NCBI RefSeq assembly: GCF_018977255.1
Contig: NW_024704742.1
Location: 93,064,001-93,128,000, forward strand
Direction of reading: 5' to 3'
DNA: 64,000 nucleotides
Source: Callorhinchus milii
Lineage: Eukaryota
Made by a program: the position numbers and the translations under genes. The notes below the pieces were generated by a model that searched no databases, was not told the DNA's origin, and saw only the letters and a list, made by a program, of their open reading frames with translations. Shown one piece after another: positions 47,833-60,615 of the stretch; the stretch's first letter is position 1, and the number at the start of each line of letters is the position of its first letter.

Positions 47833-49744
47833 AATTTACATTTCTAATGTGAAATAGCTGGGATAGAGTGAATGATGAATTATGTGGGGTTGATGACTTA
47901 TCCCAGGGGTGAATTATCATAGTTAACTGTACCATTGTTGGAACAGAAGCTTCATCTTATCCGCAAACCATGCTGAACCTGAACCTGATTTTGTTTTGAT
48001 GTCATAACTGGTACCTAACATGAAAAAGTCTCTCACTTGCTAGGATCGACAAACATCTTAGGCTCATGCACAAAAGTAATCAGCGTCTCAGGTCACAGAG
48101 TACAGATTTAAAAAGGGTCAATTACCAGGCAGAGAAGGGTTAATAGTTCTGCTGTCGCTTTAACAATTTGCCTGTGATAGTTCTAATTCTATAAAATGAA
48201 ATGTGCAAGAGAAACCATGTATAATATAATCCTTGCATTTGATGTAGCGTCTTCAAGGCATCTCAAAGCACTTCACATAATACACTGTAAAGTGAATTGA
48301 CTGTATATTTTGTGGGCAAAACGAGGCAGCCATTTGTGCACAGCAGTGTCCCTCAAACAGTCGTGGATTGAATGACAAACATTTTTTTTCATCAGCTCTG
48401 TATCCCAACATCTTATCCAAAACTCACCCTGACCAAACTCCACATGCCCATCAGCCAAACCTCACCAGGCACCTCTGGCTACCCATTTCCAAAATGATGA
48501 ATTAAGATCCTTACCGACAAATCCCTTAAAGATCCCATGACACTATTCAAAGGGAGTGTGGCTTGGTGTTCTGGCCAACAACTCTCCATATCATGGCTGT
48601 CACATGCACTTACAACTATAGTCACCACACTTTACAGTAAAATCCTGTGAAGCACTATAAGGTGTAGCAACAAGTTAAGGTGCTATTATCTTCCCCTCAT
48701 TCCCCTCCCCCCAACCCCACACTGAATTATTTGCACAAAGCTGTAAGCAGCAACCAGGAATTCATAGTTTGACAAACGCTAACTGAAAATGTTCAAAAAG
48801 AAGGATTTTTACTTAATTGGGCTGAGTATCTAAAGCAACATTAGTCAAAATCTATTTGATTATTAGCACCAATCTTACTTTGTTCAGTAATTTGTAGCTA
48901 CTTTAGTCTGAAATTCCATTCCAAGTGACTCATGTTGCTGGAGAGGAATAGTTGCGGGCAAAAATCCCAAACTCAGAAGTAAATTTACAAGTATCATTGG
49001 CAGCCCTTCTGCAAACACCTGCGCCAGTATAAAGTACATACACACATGCACATATGCACGCACACCACACAAAGAGTAAACTATTCTAGTTTACAAAAAT
49101 CTGTATAAATATTCACAGTGGTGAACATCATCTCATGGGCCTTAGCACCATGATTTACACAATATTCCCCTGGTTTCCACCCATTACAGAGCATTGCCCT
49201 TGGCTCTTCCAGTACACAGCAATGTCCTTCCCTAAACCCATTGCACAACATTGTCCTTCGGATCCACCTATTCACAGCATTATCACTGGCTTAATTGTAA
49301 CCAGTTCCAATGAATTTGTGTTGTAGCTGTGGTTTTCCAAACTGTTGCTAGTTTCAAGCCAGTCACTGTAATACCTCTCAGAGAATAATTTTCTGATTAA
49401 TACGGATTCAATTCCCTTTGGCACCAGGAGATCCATGGCTGTTTCTTCCAATTTCCCTGTGATCTGCCAAACATGCCTCTGAGCCAGTCATACTTTACTT
49501 TGAACTCAGTCAAAGTACCTTTACACCATTTCATTATCTCCCTAGCTTCTTTCAGTCTTTCTCAGTTTTCAGTTTTCTCTCCGAATTTGCAAGCATGTAT
49601 TATAGATGCTCATATATATATATATATTATATATATATAATTTATCTACATGATAGTTGTTGGTGTGTAGATATATTGTATAATATATATATACACACAC
49701 ACACATTATACATAATTTAAGGTACTCAATACACAATTCTCTGT

Positions 49745-52700
49745 TGTAAATTGCTGTGTGCAATTGGCTTCTGAGTTTCGATCACAAAATATAGTCAATC
49801 CACTTTACAATATATTCTGTGAAGCGCTCTGAGACATCTTAGAGGAGTCCTGTAGCTCATTAGTTAGAGCACTCGCCATGCAATTGAGAAACCTGAGTTC
49901 AATTCCCAGTAGGGCTAAACCTTGGGCAAGTTTCCTTACTCCACATACCTGATAATAACAGACAAGCTGACAGAACATCAGGGGACTGGGGGTCGCAGCT
50001 GGAGGAGGAAAAGTAGAGTTAAGTGTCATCCGCATACATGTGGAAGTTAACCCCGTGTCTGCGGATGACATCACCGAGAGGGAGTATATAGAGGAGGAAG
50101 AAAAGGGAGCCAAGGATGGCTTCTCACAACCTTCTCACAGACATCATCAACCTGTCCCTCTCCTCTGGCTCTGATCCCATTCCCCTAAAAACTGCCACCA
50201 TCACTCCCACTTTGAAAAAACCCTCCCTTGATGCGTCGCAGCTATCAAGCTATCGGCCCATCTCCAACCTCCCCTTCCTGTCTAAGGTTCTTGAAAGAGT
50301 CGTCGCCTCCCAGCTGCGCTCTTTCCTCTCCACCCATTCATTATTCGAACCCCTTCAGGCGGGTTTCCGTGCTGCCCATAGTACAGAAACCGCCCTGGTC
50401 AAGGTCACCAATGACATCTTGACCATCTGCGACCAGGGCTCCCTCTGCCTCCTCGTCCTCCTCGACCTATTGGCCGCATTCGATACGGTCAACCACGCTA
50501 TCCTCCTCCACCACTTGTCCTCCCACCTCAACCTTCAAGGCCCTGTACTTGAGTGGTTTAGGTGGTACCTAAATTGGTCATTTTCAACCCACGACTGTTT
50601 GTGGGACATTGCTGTGCGCAATTGGCTGCCGCGTTCGCCCACAAATATACAGTCAATTCACTTTACAGCATATTCTGTGAAGCGCTTTGAGACGTCTAGA
50701 AGACGTGAAAAGCGCTATATGAAATGCAAGGACTATTATTATTATTACTCAACATTTACGATGCATAGAATGGATTAAGAGTGACTGAGGGAGAATGTTC
50801 CAGAGTTTCGGGGTGTAGTGGCTAAAAGTGCGACCACCGACGGTGGGGCGGAGGGTACAAGGGACGAGCAGGAGGTCGGTGTCAGTCGAGCGGAGGTGCC
50901 GGGTGGTGGATTGGGGAGTGAGGAGGTTGGAGAGGTAGGGAGGTGTCAGAGAATGAATGGATTTGAACACGAGTGTAAGGATCTTGAAGTCGATTCGTTC
51001 AGTGATGGGAGCCAGTGAAACCCGGCCAGAACTGGTGAGATGTGGGTATGGAGTTTGGTCCGGGCCAGTATGAGGGACACAGAGTTCTGAATGAGTTGGA
51101 TTTTTTGAATAGTGGAGCTGGGGAGACCAGCGAGGAGTGCGTTTGAGTAATCCAGGCGAGAGGTGACAAATGCATACACAAGGGTTTCGGCTGCATTTGG
51201 GGTAAGGTACGGTGGAAGGCAGGCAATGTGGCGGACGTGGAAGAAGACGGGCTTGGTCAGGGACCGGATGTGGGGGAGGAAGGACAGCTGGGGGTCAAAC
51301 CGGATGCCTAGATTGCACACTGGTTCGGTGAGTCTGAGGGAGAGCCCAGGGAGGTTGAGGAGTCTTGTAGCTCAGTGGTTAGAGCACTCATTTCACAAGC
51401 GAAATTTGATTCCCGGCAGGACGAAACCTTGGGCAAGTTTTCTTACTCCACACTCCTGATAATAATCTCTCGAAAAAAACAATAATGATTTGGTCCCTCA
51501 ATCCTTGACTATTTGTGGGACACTGCTGTGCACAATTAGCTGTCGTGTTTCACCCACAAAATATACAGTTAATTCACTTTACAGTATATTCTGTGAAGCG
51601 CTTTGGGACGTCTAGAAGACGTGAAAAGCACCATATCAAAATGCAAGGATTATTATTATCGCCAGACTACGGCACTACCTCACCCCTCACGCTGCTGAAA
51701 CTCTGGTCCACGCCTTTATCACCTCAAGGCTGGACTATGGGAACTCTCTCCTCGCCGGCCTTCCCGGCCCCTCCCTCCACAAGTTGCAGGTCATTCAGAA
51801 CTCTGCAGCTCGTGTACTGTCCCGCACCAGGACCACATCACTCCCACCCTCGCTCGCCTCCACTGGCTCCTCATCCCCCAGAGGATCGAATTCAAGATCC
51901 TCATCCTCACCTACAAGGCCATTCACTGCCTTGCTCCCTCCTACCTCTCCGACCTACTATACCCCTACCTACCTGCCCGTACCCTCCGTTCCTCTGGCTC
52001 CGGTCTGCTCCACGTCCCCCGCCCCAACTGCCCTACCATCAGTGGTCGGGCCTTCAGCCTCTCAGCCCCCAGGCTCTGGAACTCCATCCCCCAGTGCCTT
52101 CGCTGCCTCCTCCCTTTCCTCCTTCAAGGCCGGTCTCAAGACCTTTCTCTTTGACTGTGCCTTCAGCTCCCCTCTCGACTCTCTACCCCCTCCTCGCTCC
52201 CTCCCCTCACCCTGACCATTTCCCCACTGCTCGGGTCCCGACCCAACTATCCAGCGCCTTGGGACATCCTCCCGACGTGAAAGGCGCTCTGTAAATGAAA
52301 TCTTGTTGTTGTTACCCCGTAGGTGACCGGGTGAAAGTGAGAAGAAAAGCCACTTGCAGAAATGTAGCACTGGCAGTTTGTAAGGTAGGACTCGAACCGA
52401 GAGTAAGGTCCCGCTGAGGTGGATGATGGAGGACAGGCAGTGGAGAAGGATGGCGTGATCGACTATGTCGAACACAGCAGAGAGATCCAGGAGGACAAGG
52501 AGGCAGAGGTCGCCCTGGTCACAGAAAGAGAGGATATAATTTGTGACTTTCACAGGTGCTGTCTCTATACTGTGGGCAGGATGGAAACTGGACTGGAGGG
52601 GTTCGAGTAGAGCGTGGAGGGAGAGGTGTGCACGAATTTGGCAGCAACATGTTCTAGGGCTTTGGCAAGGAAGGGCAAATTTGAGATAGGTCGGTTGTGG

Positions 52701-53275
52701 CCAAGGTTGGAGGGATCAAGGGTAGGTTTTTTAAGGAGGGGTTGATGACTATGGTTTTGAGGGGGAGTGGGATTGATCCTGAGAAGAGAGATTGGTTAAT
52801 AGTGCCTGCCAGCAGTGGGCAGAGAAGGGGGAGCCGGGTGATCAGCAGTTAGGTGGGGAGGGGGTCGAGGCATCAGGTGGTGAGTTTCATTGTGGTGATG
52901 GTGGACGAGAGGGAAGGAGAGATCGGGTCAAATGAATGTAGGATGGGAGCTGTGGTGGAAGCTGAGGACGGGGTGGGTGAGACAGACGGAATGGGGTTGG
53001 TGGTAGGCGACACGGGCAGAAGGATGAAGCTGCCAGGCAGATGTTGTCAACTTTAGAGGTAAGGAAGTACATGACCTCTTCGCACTTGGCGTTAGATCCA
53101 CAAATGTTTGGAGGACACTGCTGTACACAATTGGCTGCCGCGTTTCGCCCGCAAAATGTAAAGTGAATTGACTGTATAATATGTTCCGTGAAGCCCTTTG
53201 AGATGCCTGGAAGACGTGAAAAGCGCTATATCAAATGCAAGGATTAGGATTATTATCTCAACATGATAAGCACCA
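49745..53275. mobile_element. Nested cluster of L2-type LINE fragments and tRNA-derived SINEs in alternating orientation
   Basis: Approximate pieces: SINE tail(-) 49745-49843, SINE head(+) 49844-49958, L2(-) 49959-50118, L2(+) 50119-50568 (YRPISNLPFLSKVLE..AFDTVNH), SINE 3'(+) 50570-50748, L2(-) 50777-51360, full SINE(+) 51358-51660, L2(+) 51670-52313 with tail, L2(-) 52314-53097, SINE 3'(+) 53100-53275. Confidence 0.85.
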
Positions 53276-55269
53276 TATTAAATTCAAGAAATATTATTAT
53301 TATAATCATTCAATGTTAACTGTTTTTCTCTCTTCATCCTCAGATTGCTTTTGACTACGGTTCATTTGCCTTTGAATTTACTGCTCTTCTTTTTACTCCA
53401 GTTTCACCCTGCACTTTTCCTTTGAAATGAATTAATGTGGTAATTATCTTTGTTTGTATTTCCACAATTTTACAATAACATTGTATTTATTTATTAGTGT
53501 ACATCAAATTTCATAGAACTACATAAAACGTTCAGCATGGAAATAGACCATTTGGCCCAACAAGTCTGTGCCAGTGTATATACCCTAAATAAGCCTCTAT
53601 CCTTCCTAATCTCCTCAATCACCTTCTCCCTTATTTATTCATGCCATTATGTGTGTGAAACATTTGTGGATGGAAGTTTGTTGGCACATCTGGGACGGTT
53701 TTAATTCTACTGCATTTTCTGTTAGGAACTGTATTCTAATTCCCAGTCTAAGGAGATAGACTATTGGATGAAACAACCAGCCTACTCTGAAGAGATATTA
53801 GACCCTTATCTAGTTCAATTCATTAATTGTATAAAAGCTAATGTCTGTGAGAGAACAGTCATCTCTAGTGTGTACAGCAGAACATTGAGAGCAAAAATGC
53901 ATTAGCCTTATGCTGCCTCATCTCATATCCTTAATGCCTCTAAGAACAGACATTAAAGTTAAACACTTCGGCAATTTAACAGCATTTCTAAATTTGCATC
54001 AAAAGGTCCATCCTCTAGCATCAGCCCACAATATGTGCTTTATCCAGAATTAATGGTTTTCAGTGCAAGTATAAATTGGCTTTGAAATGTACATGTATAA
54101 ATAACTCAAGTAAAGAATCACAGCTCATGGTTACCACCATTACCATTAAGCAGCACTGATAGATTACTGATTAACCATCAATTCCCTAGGGAGACATGAA
54201 TAACTCGTGCACTATTAGTTTGATGTGCAATTCTACAGATTGCTCATAAAAATATTAATATGAGCAATAACTAGACTATCCAGTTAGAATACTACAACAT
54301 CTAAGGTAATACAACCACTAGATCTGAACTCAGGAAGGCAGGCAACATTTATATCAACAGAATGCAATCTGGTTGATTGATTAAACAGTTCAGACATGGT
54401 TCTGACCCTTTTGGTTCAGACTCTTTTTAGCAGCGATAAGAAATTAACCATTTTATTCAATAAAGTAACAACTATTAATAGAAGTGGATGCATTTTGAAG
54501 TACAGTCCTACCCATTCATGTCGACATTGCAGGGACTGAGCAGATTTTGTTGACATAAGCAAGTTTCGACATAAAAGAACGAATGAACAACGCTTGTGCA
54601 TTCGTTGTGATTAAAGCATTTATTGACTGGAATAATAATAATCCTTGCATTTGACATAGCGCTTTTTACATCTTCCAGACGTCTCAAAACACTTCGCAGA
54701 ATATAATGTAAAGTGAATTAACTGTATATTTGTGGACGAAATAGATGAAACGGAATGTAACTGAAAGTTGATTTGAAAACACATTAGAAGCATTTATTTA
54801 CATGTATTTCATATAAAATGCTGCAATTAGAATTGCTGTAATATTTAAGAGTACACCGTTTTAAATGCGACACTTGTTATTTTCGGATCAGCACTTCTAG
54901 CTTGTCCAAATACTTATCTGCTCTGTCCATTTCTGATTGAGCAATTACTGAGAGTTCACGTATCCTAAATGCTTTTTTTTTGCACATCACATGCTAAACA
55001 CTATCATCGTTAGACTCAACATCAATGTTTTCAGGTTCCTCAGTTTCTTGTAGGCTTGACTCTTCTTTACTGAGGAGATAATATTTTCATCTGCTGGTGC
55101 TGCAGTACACTTCTCATTTGCATTACAAATTAACAGCAAGATCAATGAACTAACTCTGCTTTTTGCAAGCCAGGAACTTCATACAGCACCTGATCGTTGG
55201 GAGTCTTCTTCAGCACTACAGGTATCAACTGTGAATCCATGGAAGTCAACAATATGTGGGTCCCAGAAA

Positions 55270-55640
55270 AAATGCATATATAAAGCAACTCTAAATTGTG
55301 TCTCGTTTTACCAATGACCAGGTTTATTTTCAAATTGAGCATCGCCCCCATCAGGATTTTGGATGGTGTTGTCCTCATAATCAACCGGTAGATGATTATT
55401 GAAGCATCCTGTTTTTTTTCACTTTCCTATTACGCAAAGCTGTAGCTTATCTGTTCCAGTCGTGTCGGCAGTGACCAAAATTGAAACTCTGTCTTTAGGT
55501 TGTTTTCCCCAGTCTCACCTGCATTATAAATTCGGTCCACATTGTCACCCCGCAGAATTTCTTGGAGATGGGTCTTCCACCCCTCGAAGAGAGACTTTTC
55601 TGGCAACTGGTTAAAACGGATTCTGTTCACCACTAGTTCA
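55270..55640 (-). mobile_element. Pogo/Tigger (Tc1-mariner superfamily) DDE transposase fossil
   Basis: Frameshifted segments WKTHLQEILRGDNVDRIYNAGETG, GKQPKDRVSILVTADTTGTDKLQLCVIGK*KKTGCFNNHLPVDYEDN and TWSLVKRDTI*SCF match Tigger motifs IxNxDETG, KxRxTVLxxxNxxGxxKL...VIGK...LPVxY and AWxxVxxxTIxNCF. Confidence 0.85.
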
Positions 55641-58054
55641 CCAACAAGCAAATAACACCTCAAAGGAAGCAGTTAACAAGTACATTGGGGTCCTGGCACA
55701 CAATCACTGAAATGCTTGAATCTATTCATCTAATGTGATTTTCCTTTTCTGTCTAACAGATCAATTGAAAATATTAATACAATTTAATCTCCTTCCTATG
55801 ACTGCCTCTGAGAATTTTAACCAACTCATTTATTGAAAGAGATGGTTCCATCTGAAGTTAGGAAAAGACCTTGCTTTAATTATATCCTAAATTACTACAG
55901 GTGACTGGAGTTTCTCTTCATGTCCTGGCCAATCCACCAGATAAAATTGGTCACTCACTTCACGGCTGTTTGTAAGACATTGCTGTGCTTAAATCAGTTG
56001 CCAAGTTCACATCCAAATACGCACAGTAAAATCCTGTGAAGCACTTTGAGACACCTCAATGGAGTGATAAGACACTATATCCAATGCAAAATTGTTATTA
56101 GTACTACTACTGCAATACTTGTACAATTTAAATTTCATTATTTTTAATTGTTCCTAGAATTGTTCCTCAAGGCTACCAGCACAACAACAAATTACATTTG
56201 TATAACACCTTGCACATCAGGAGGACGTCCCACTAAACATATTTCATACAACTCACATAAAACATTCATCTCATTGAACATTTATGTTAAGCCTAACTAT
56301 GCACAAAATATGTCAAAAAGAATCAGATGCAATTAGATAATTACAATTAATCCTTTTGATTTTTTCCAACCTTCCTTCTAGAATCCTTCAAAAACACGAT
56401 CCATGTTAAATGCAGGTATAGTTTACAGCCCACTTTCCCTTTCTCATGAAGGTGAAACAGCAGCCATCGTGAAATTCTCTGCCTACTGTAACAGCACAAC
56501 TAAGTTTTAATAAAGTTATCCAATCTGAATCAGAATCATCCAAACAGGGTTAACATGATTCCCACCTGGGCCATTCTTTCTATTTTAGTAGTCTGGGTTT
56601 GGATACTCTTTGTAACAATAACAATCCTTGCATTTGATATAGCACCTTATCACATCTTCGAGACGTCTCTAAGTGCTTCACAGAATATACTGTAAAGTGA
56701 ATTGACTGTATATTTTGTGGGTAAAACGCAGCAGCCAATTGCGCACAGCAGTGTCCCCCAAACAGTCATGGATTGAGTGACCAATTTTTTTTAAAAAGGA
56801 ATTATTACCCCCAGAAAAGCAATGCGCCAATTGACTCACAACTTACTGCTGGTAAACAGAGGCATATGGAGTAAGGAAACTTACCCAACGATTTGCCCCG
56901 CCAGGAGTTGAACCCAGGTCTCTTGGTTGTGTGGCAAGTGTTCTAACCACTGAGCTTCAAGACTCCATAAGCAGAATGATTCATAAGCAGTCAGTGAGGT
57001 ATGAGACACATTAACATTTGGTTGGTAAATAGTAAAAAAACACAGGATGATAGATGAGGTGGATGATGTAGTGCTATTTTTAAAATCTGGTTTAAAATCC
57101 ACAGGTTAGAATGTGGTTCTGAAACCAAATGTCAACATCTCCATTTCAAATATCAGCCTTCAACAAAATCAAACTTTGCATGTGACAAACATTCATTGAT
57201 CGTTCTGCTCCACTAACTGGATGCCATCTGCTGCAGCCAAAACGCACCGTGCACAATGTCGATGGGGACTAATTTGCAAGATTTGTAAATCGGATTAGAT
57301 GGGCTAATTGTGACTTTGTTGGAAAATATTTAAATCCATCCAATTTCGTAACACTCGTCAACAACCAATTGCAATTTCCAGAAGATGGCAACGTGTGAAA
57401 AAAAGGCTGGAGGACAAATCAGCCTTAGATAACTTCCGATATTACAAGTGTACTGAATAACACCAAATTGAACACCAATAAACACCAAATTAGACACCCA
57501 GAAATCAGACATCCAACAACTTTAATTTTTATTCAGGTCACAAGGTTAAATTATCCCAAGTTCTAATGAATTTGCGGAAATTAAATACAATTGTCTGCAT
57601 AAAGAATCTCAAAGCAAACATATTTTAATCTAAATATAACTCACCATGCCATTGCAAATAAACTGCGTTTCCCACCTGGAAATCTTGGCACACATTGCCT
57701 TTAAAGACACACGGCATGCCAAATCAACATATCAGAAGCTCGAAATTTCATTTGCCTTTAAGACCATTTTACAACAACAATAATAATTCTTGCATTTGAT
57801 ATAATGCTTTATCACATCTCAGAGACATCTCAAAGCGCTTCACAGAATATCCCTTAAAGTGAATTGACTGTATATTTTGTAAGCGAATGTTATATCAATA
57901 TCATGCAGAATTATGGAAAAATCTTAAAATTCATTCTTAATTAGAAAGCTAATTCTTTGAAGAGTGGAAAACAGCTTCCATATTCAGATCAAAGTTAAGA
58001 ACTGACTATAGCTCAGCAAAATCTTAAATTTTATGACTTTCAATCTAAGACTTA

Positions 58055-58395
58055 CAACAACTTACACTTACAACACCCTTCACATAGCAGAATGTCTTGG
58101 TGGGGTTGGATGGCAAAATGAGAAGGATGGGGAAGGTGACCATAGATGTGGTTGAAGAGTTAGGTCTTAAGGTGGAATTTAAAGATGGATAAAAAGAGGG
58201 GGAGGGGCAAGGTGGAGAGATAGAGGAAAAGTTCCAGTGGTTGGGAGTGTAATGACTGAAAGCTGGGTGTAGAGAGGGAGAGTACACACAGCAGGTCTGG
58301 CAGGGAAGTGGGGAATGAGGAGATCAGGTAGAGAGGTGCTAGGACGAAGAGATTTGTAGGTGAGGTCCTTGAAGTCGATCTGTCGGAGACAAGGC
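58055..58395 (-). mobile_element. Old L2-type LINE 3' fragment
   Basis: AFSHYTPNHWN motif and degenerate tail. Confidence 0.65.
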
Positions 58396-60533
58396 GCCTC
58401 AGATCCTTAAAGAAAAGTATTGATCAAAAAGGGAAGAAAGTAAGGTTGCTCTAAAAAAAAGCGAAATGCCAGAAAACCTTTGGAGATGTCCACATAGTCC
58501 ATCACAGAGAACAAAAGTGTCACTCACGTAGAACGTCAAGAGTGAAGCTACACTCCTTTTCCATTGTGTGAATTCTGTATCCTGAAACATCACTTGCTGC
58601 ATTATGGTTTCTAAGGAGGGCATTACTCTCTGGGAGTACTGTTGCTTCAGTACAAATTTACCAAGTTTCCTGCATCAGGTTCAAGACAGGTGATGAAACT
58701 CTGCACCACCTGTCTTCTGCCTGTACCTAATTTCACCATATAATACTCTTAATAGATACAGTTTGGCACCTATGATTTGCCCATATTTCAACTTTCCAAA
58801 CTAAGCATTTTCATCTCCTTTCAAAGTCTGAGGACATTGTGGTATCGTGGGTAATTTAAATTTGCACAGGAATGGAACTGCTCAAAACCAAATAAATCAC
58901 ATGTCAACTTATAATTCACCCACCACTATACAGTTCTATGGTAAATTATACATGTCCTCTCCAACCCGCCACCGCCCCCAACGCTTTCCTCCTTCTCAGG
59001 CAAAAAACCTTTGATGTCCACAATGACTGACACCATAAAGAAATTCACCCACCTTTTACTCGCAGAACATACTGTAAATAGTTTACTTGGATATAAGCAT
59101 CAATGAACAGATAGATATGATGGCCTTTTGGATTATTCAAATTCACGGACACAAGATAAGAATATTCCATTCTCTTGGATTGGCCATTGCAACCCCCTAC
59201 TGCTAACTTCATATCTTTAGAGAACCATCCAAGACCGAAAACAGTATGATTTTAATTGCTGGCCCTTGACCATTGTTGGTCATTGGCAGCAGCAACTGGA
59301 ACAGTTGAGGTCTGGACACTGGACTCATTTAACTTGTTGCTGTAATGGTAAGGTGGATAATCAGGTTTTTCAAATTCTTGAAAGTCTTTGATTTCAGAAC
59401 TAAAAACCTTTTCTGATAGGATACTACCCAAAGATACATTTTTAACATTCATGCAAAATTACCTACCAATAAAAAGTGACAATTTGCTTTGTGTTCAGAC
59501 TCCATCTTCCTAAGTGGCAAAATAGCAACTGACGGTTTCCATTTGCTATTCATCTCACAAATGTAAACAGCAGCTTCATTTTATATCCGAGACATTTCCC
59601 TCTGCATGGAATTACTCTTTTCAGAATGTTGATTTGTTCACATAGGCCCCTTAAATTAGCTAGTAACAGCTAGTAACACAGCCGTTTGAAAATTACGCTT
59701 CAAATAATTTTCATGAGCATCAGACAAAGCAAAATATTTATTCCTCACAAGTCTTTACAGAATTGAACAGAAAGTGGCAATAAAGAGCGTACACATTGTT
59801 TAACAGTCAGCATACATAAACACAGGGAATACTAGAATATATACATACTACAGTGTTTAAATCTACTCTACCTCACACAATAACCAAATTGATTGATGGA
59901 GTTTTCAGAGGCTGTCTCTGCTGGCCAACGACGCAGTTTCAACATTTCTGATCTATGATGATCCTCCCAGAGATACGGGAATGATTCAGGCCAGGAAGTG
60001 GAAATTGCAGCACAAATTCCAAACAGCTGTGCACACAGAAGTTTTAAAATGTAATGACCATATTATGGGAATCACAAGAGAGGATCTGATGGAAGAAATC
60101 CATTTTGGTTTCATCCAGAATACCCATTCTACACCTTCTCACTTCAACATCAAGCTGCTTTCTAAACGAATCCAGTCTCCTGGTCCAACCACCTTCTCTG
60201 GTACCCAACCAGCTGTGTAGTGAAATGCTTCCTGATTTATATCCTAAGCTTGTCTTTAACCATGAAAGCCTCCAAAGCCTTTCTGCCTTGGGATTGCATG
60301 TAAGTAGAGTTCCTAGATTACTTTCTCTATAATGCTAAGCCTTTTACATACCTGCATAAGTCCCACATTAGCCATAATGCTGAACAGACAACTGAGTAAA
60401 CCTGAGATTGAACCTCCCATTCCAAACTCACAATGACATCACCAGAACCTGATGGGCCAGTCTCAGCCAAGGAAGGAATACTAATACTGACTCCTGCAAT
60501 ACTCTTGTATCCAAGCAAGTAAGCCAAGGTCTT

Positions 60534-60615
60534 TGCTGCCTTACCTGCTGTATGTTCCCAGCAACTTCTGTTTTTGTTTCAGATTTCCAGCATCTGCAGT
60601 ATTTTGCATTTTGTT
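60534..60615 (+). mobile_element. 5'-truncated Penelope-like fragment with 14-bp target-site duplication
   Basis: Flanked by perfect direct repeats TAAGCCAAGGTCTT at 60520-60533 and 60616-60629. Confidence 0.7.

Noticed and set aside
58683..58716. Iron-responsive element (CAGAG-type loop)
   Set aside because: 8-nt loop, no unpaired C five pairs below the loop, and intronic location.
59252..59452. 66-aa ORF with protein-like composition
   Set aside because: No recognisable domain and no convincing splice context; may be chance. A blastx search would settle it.
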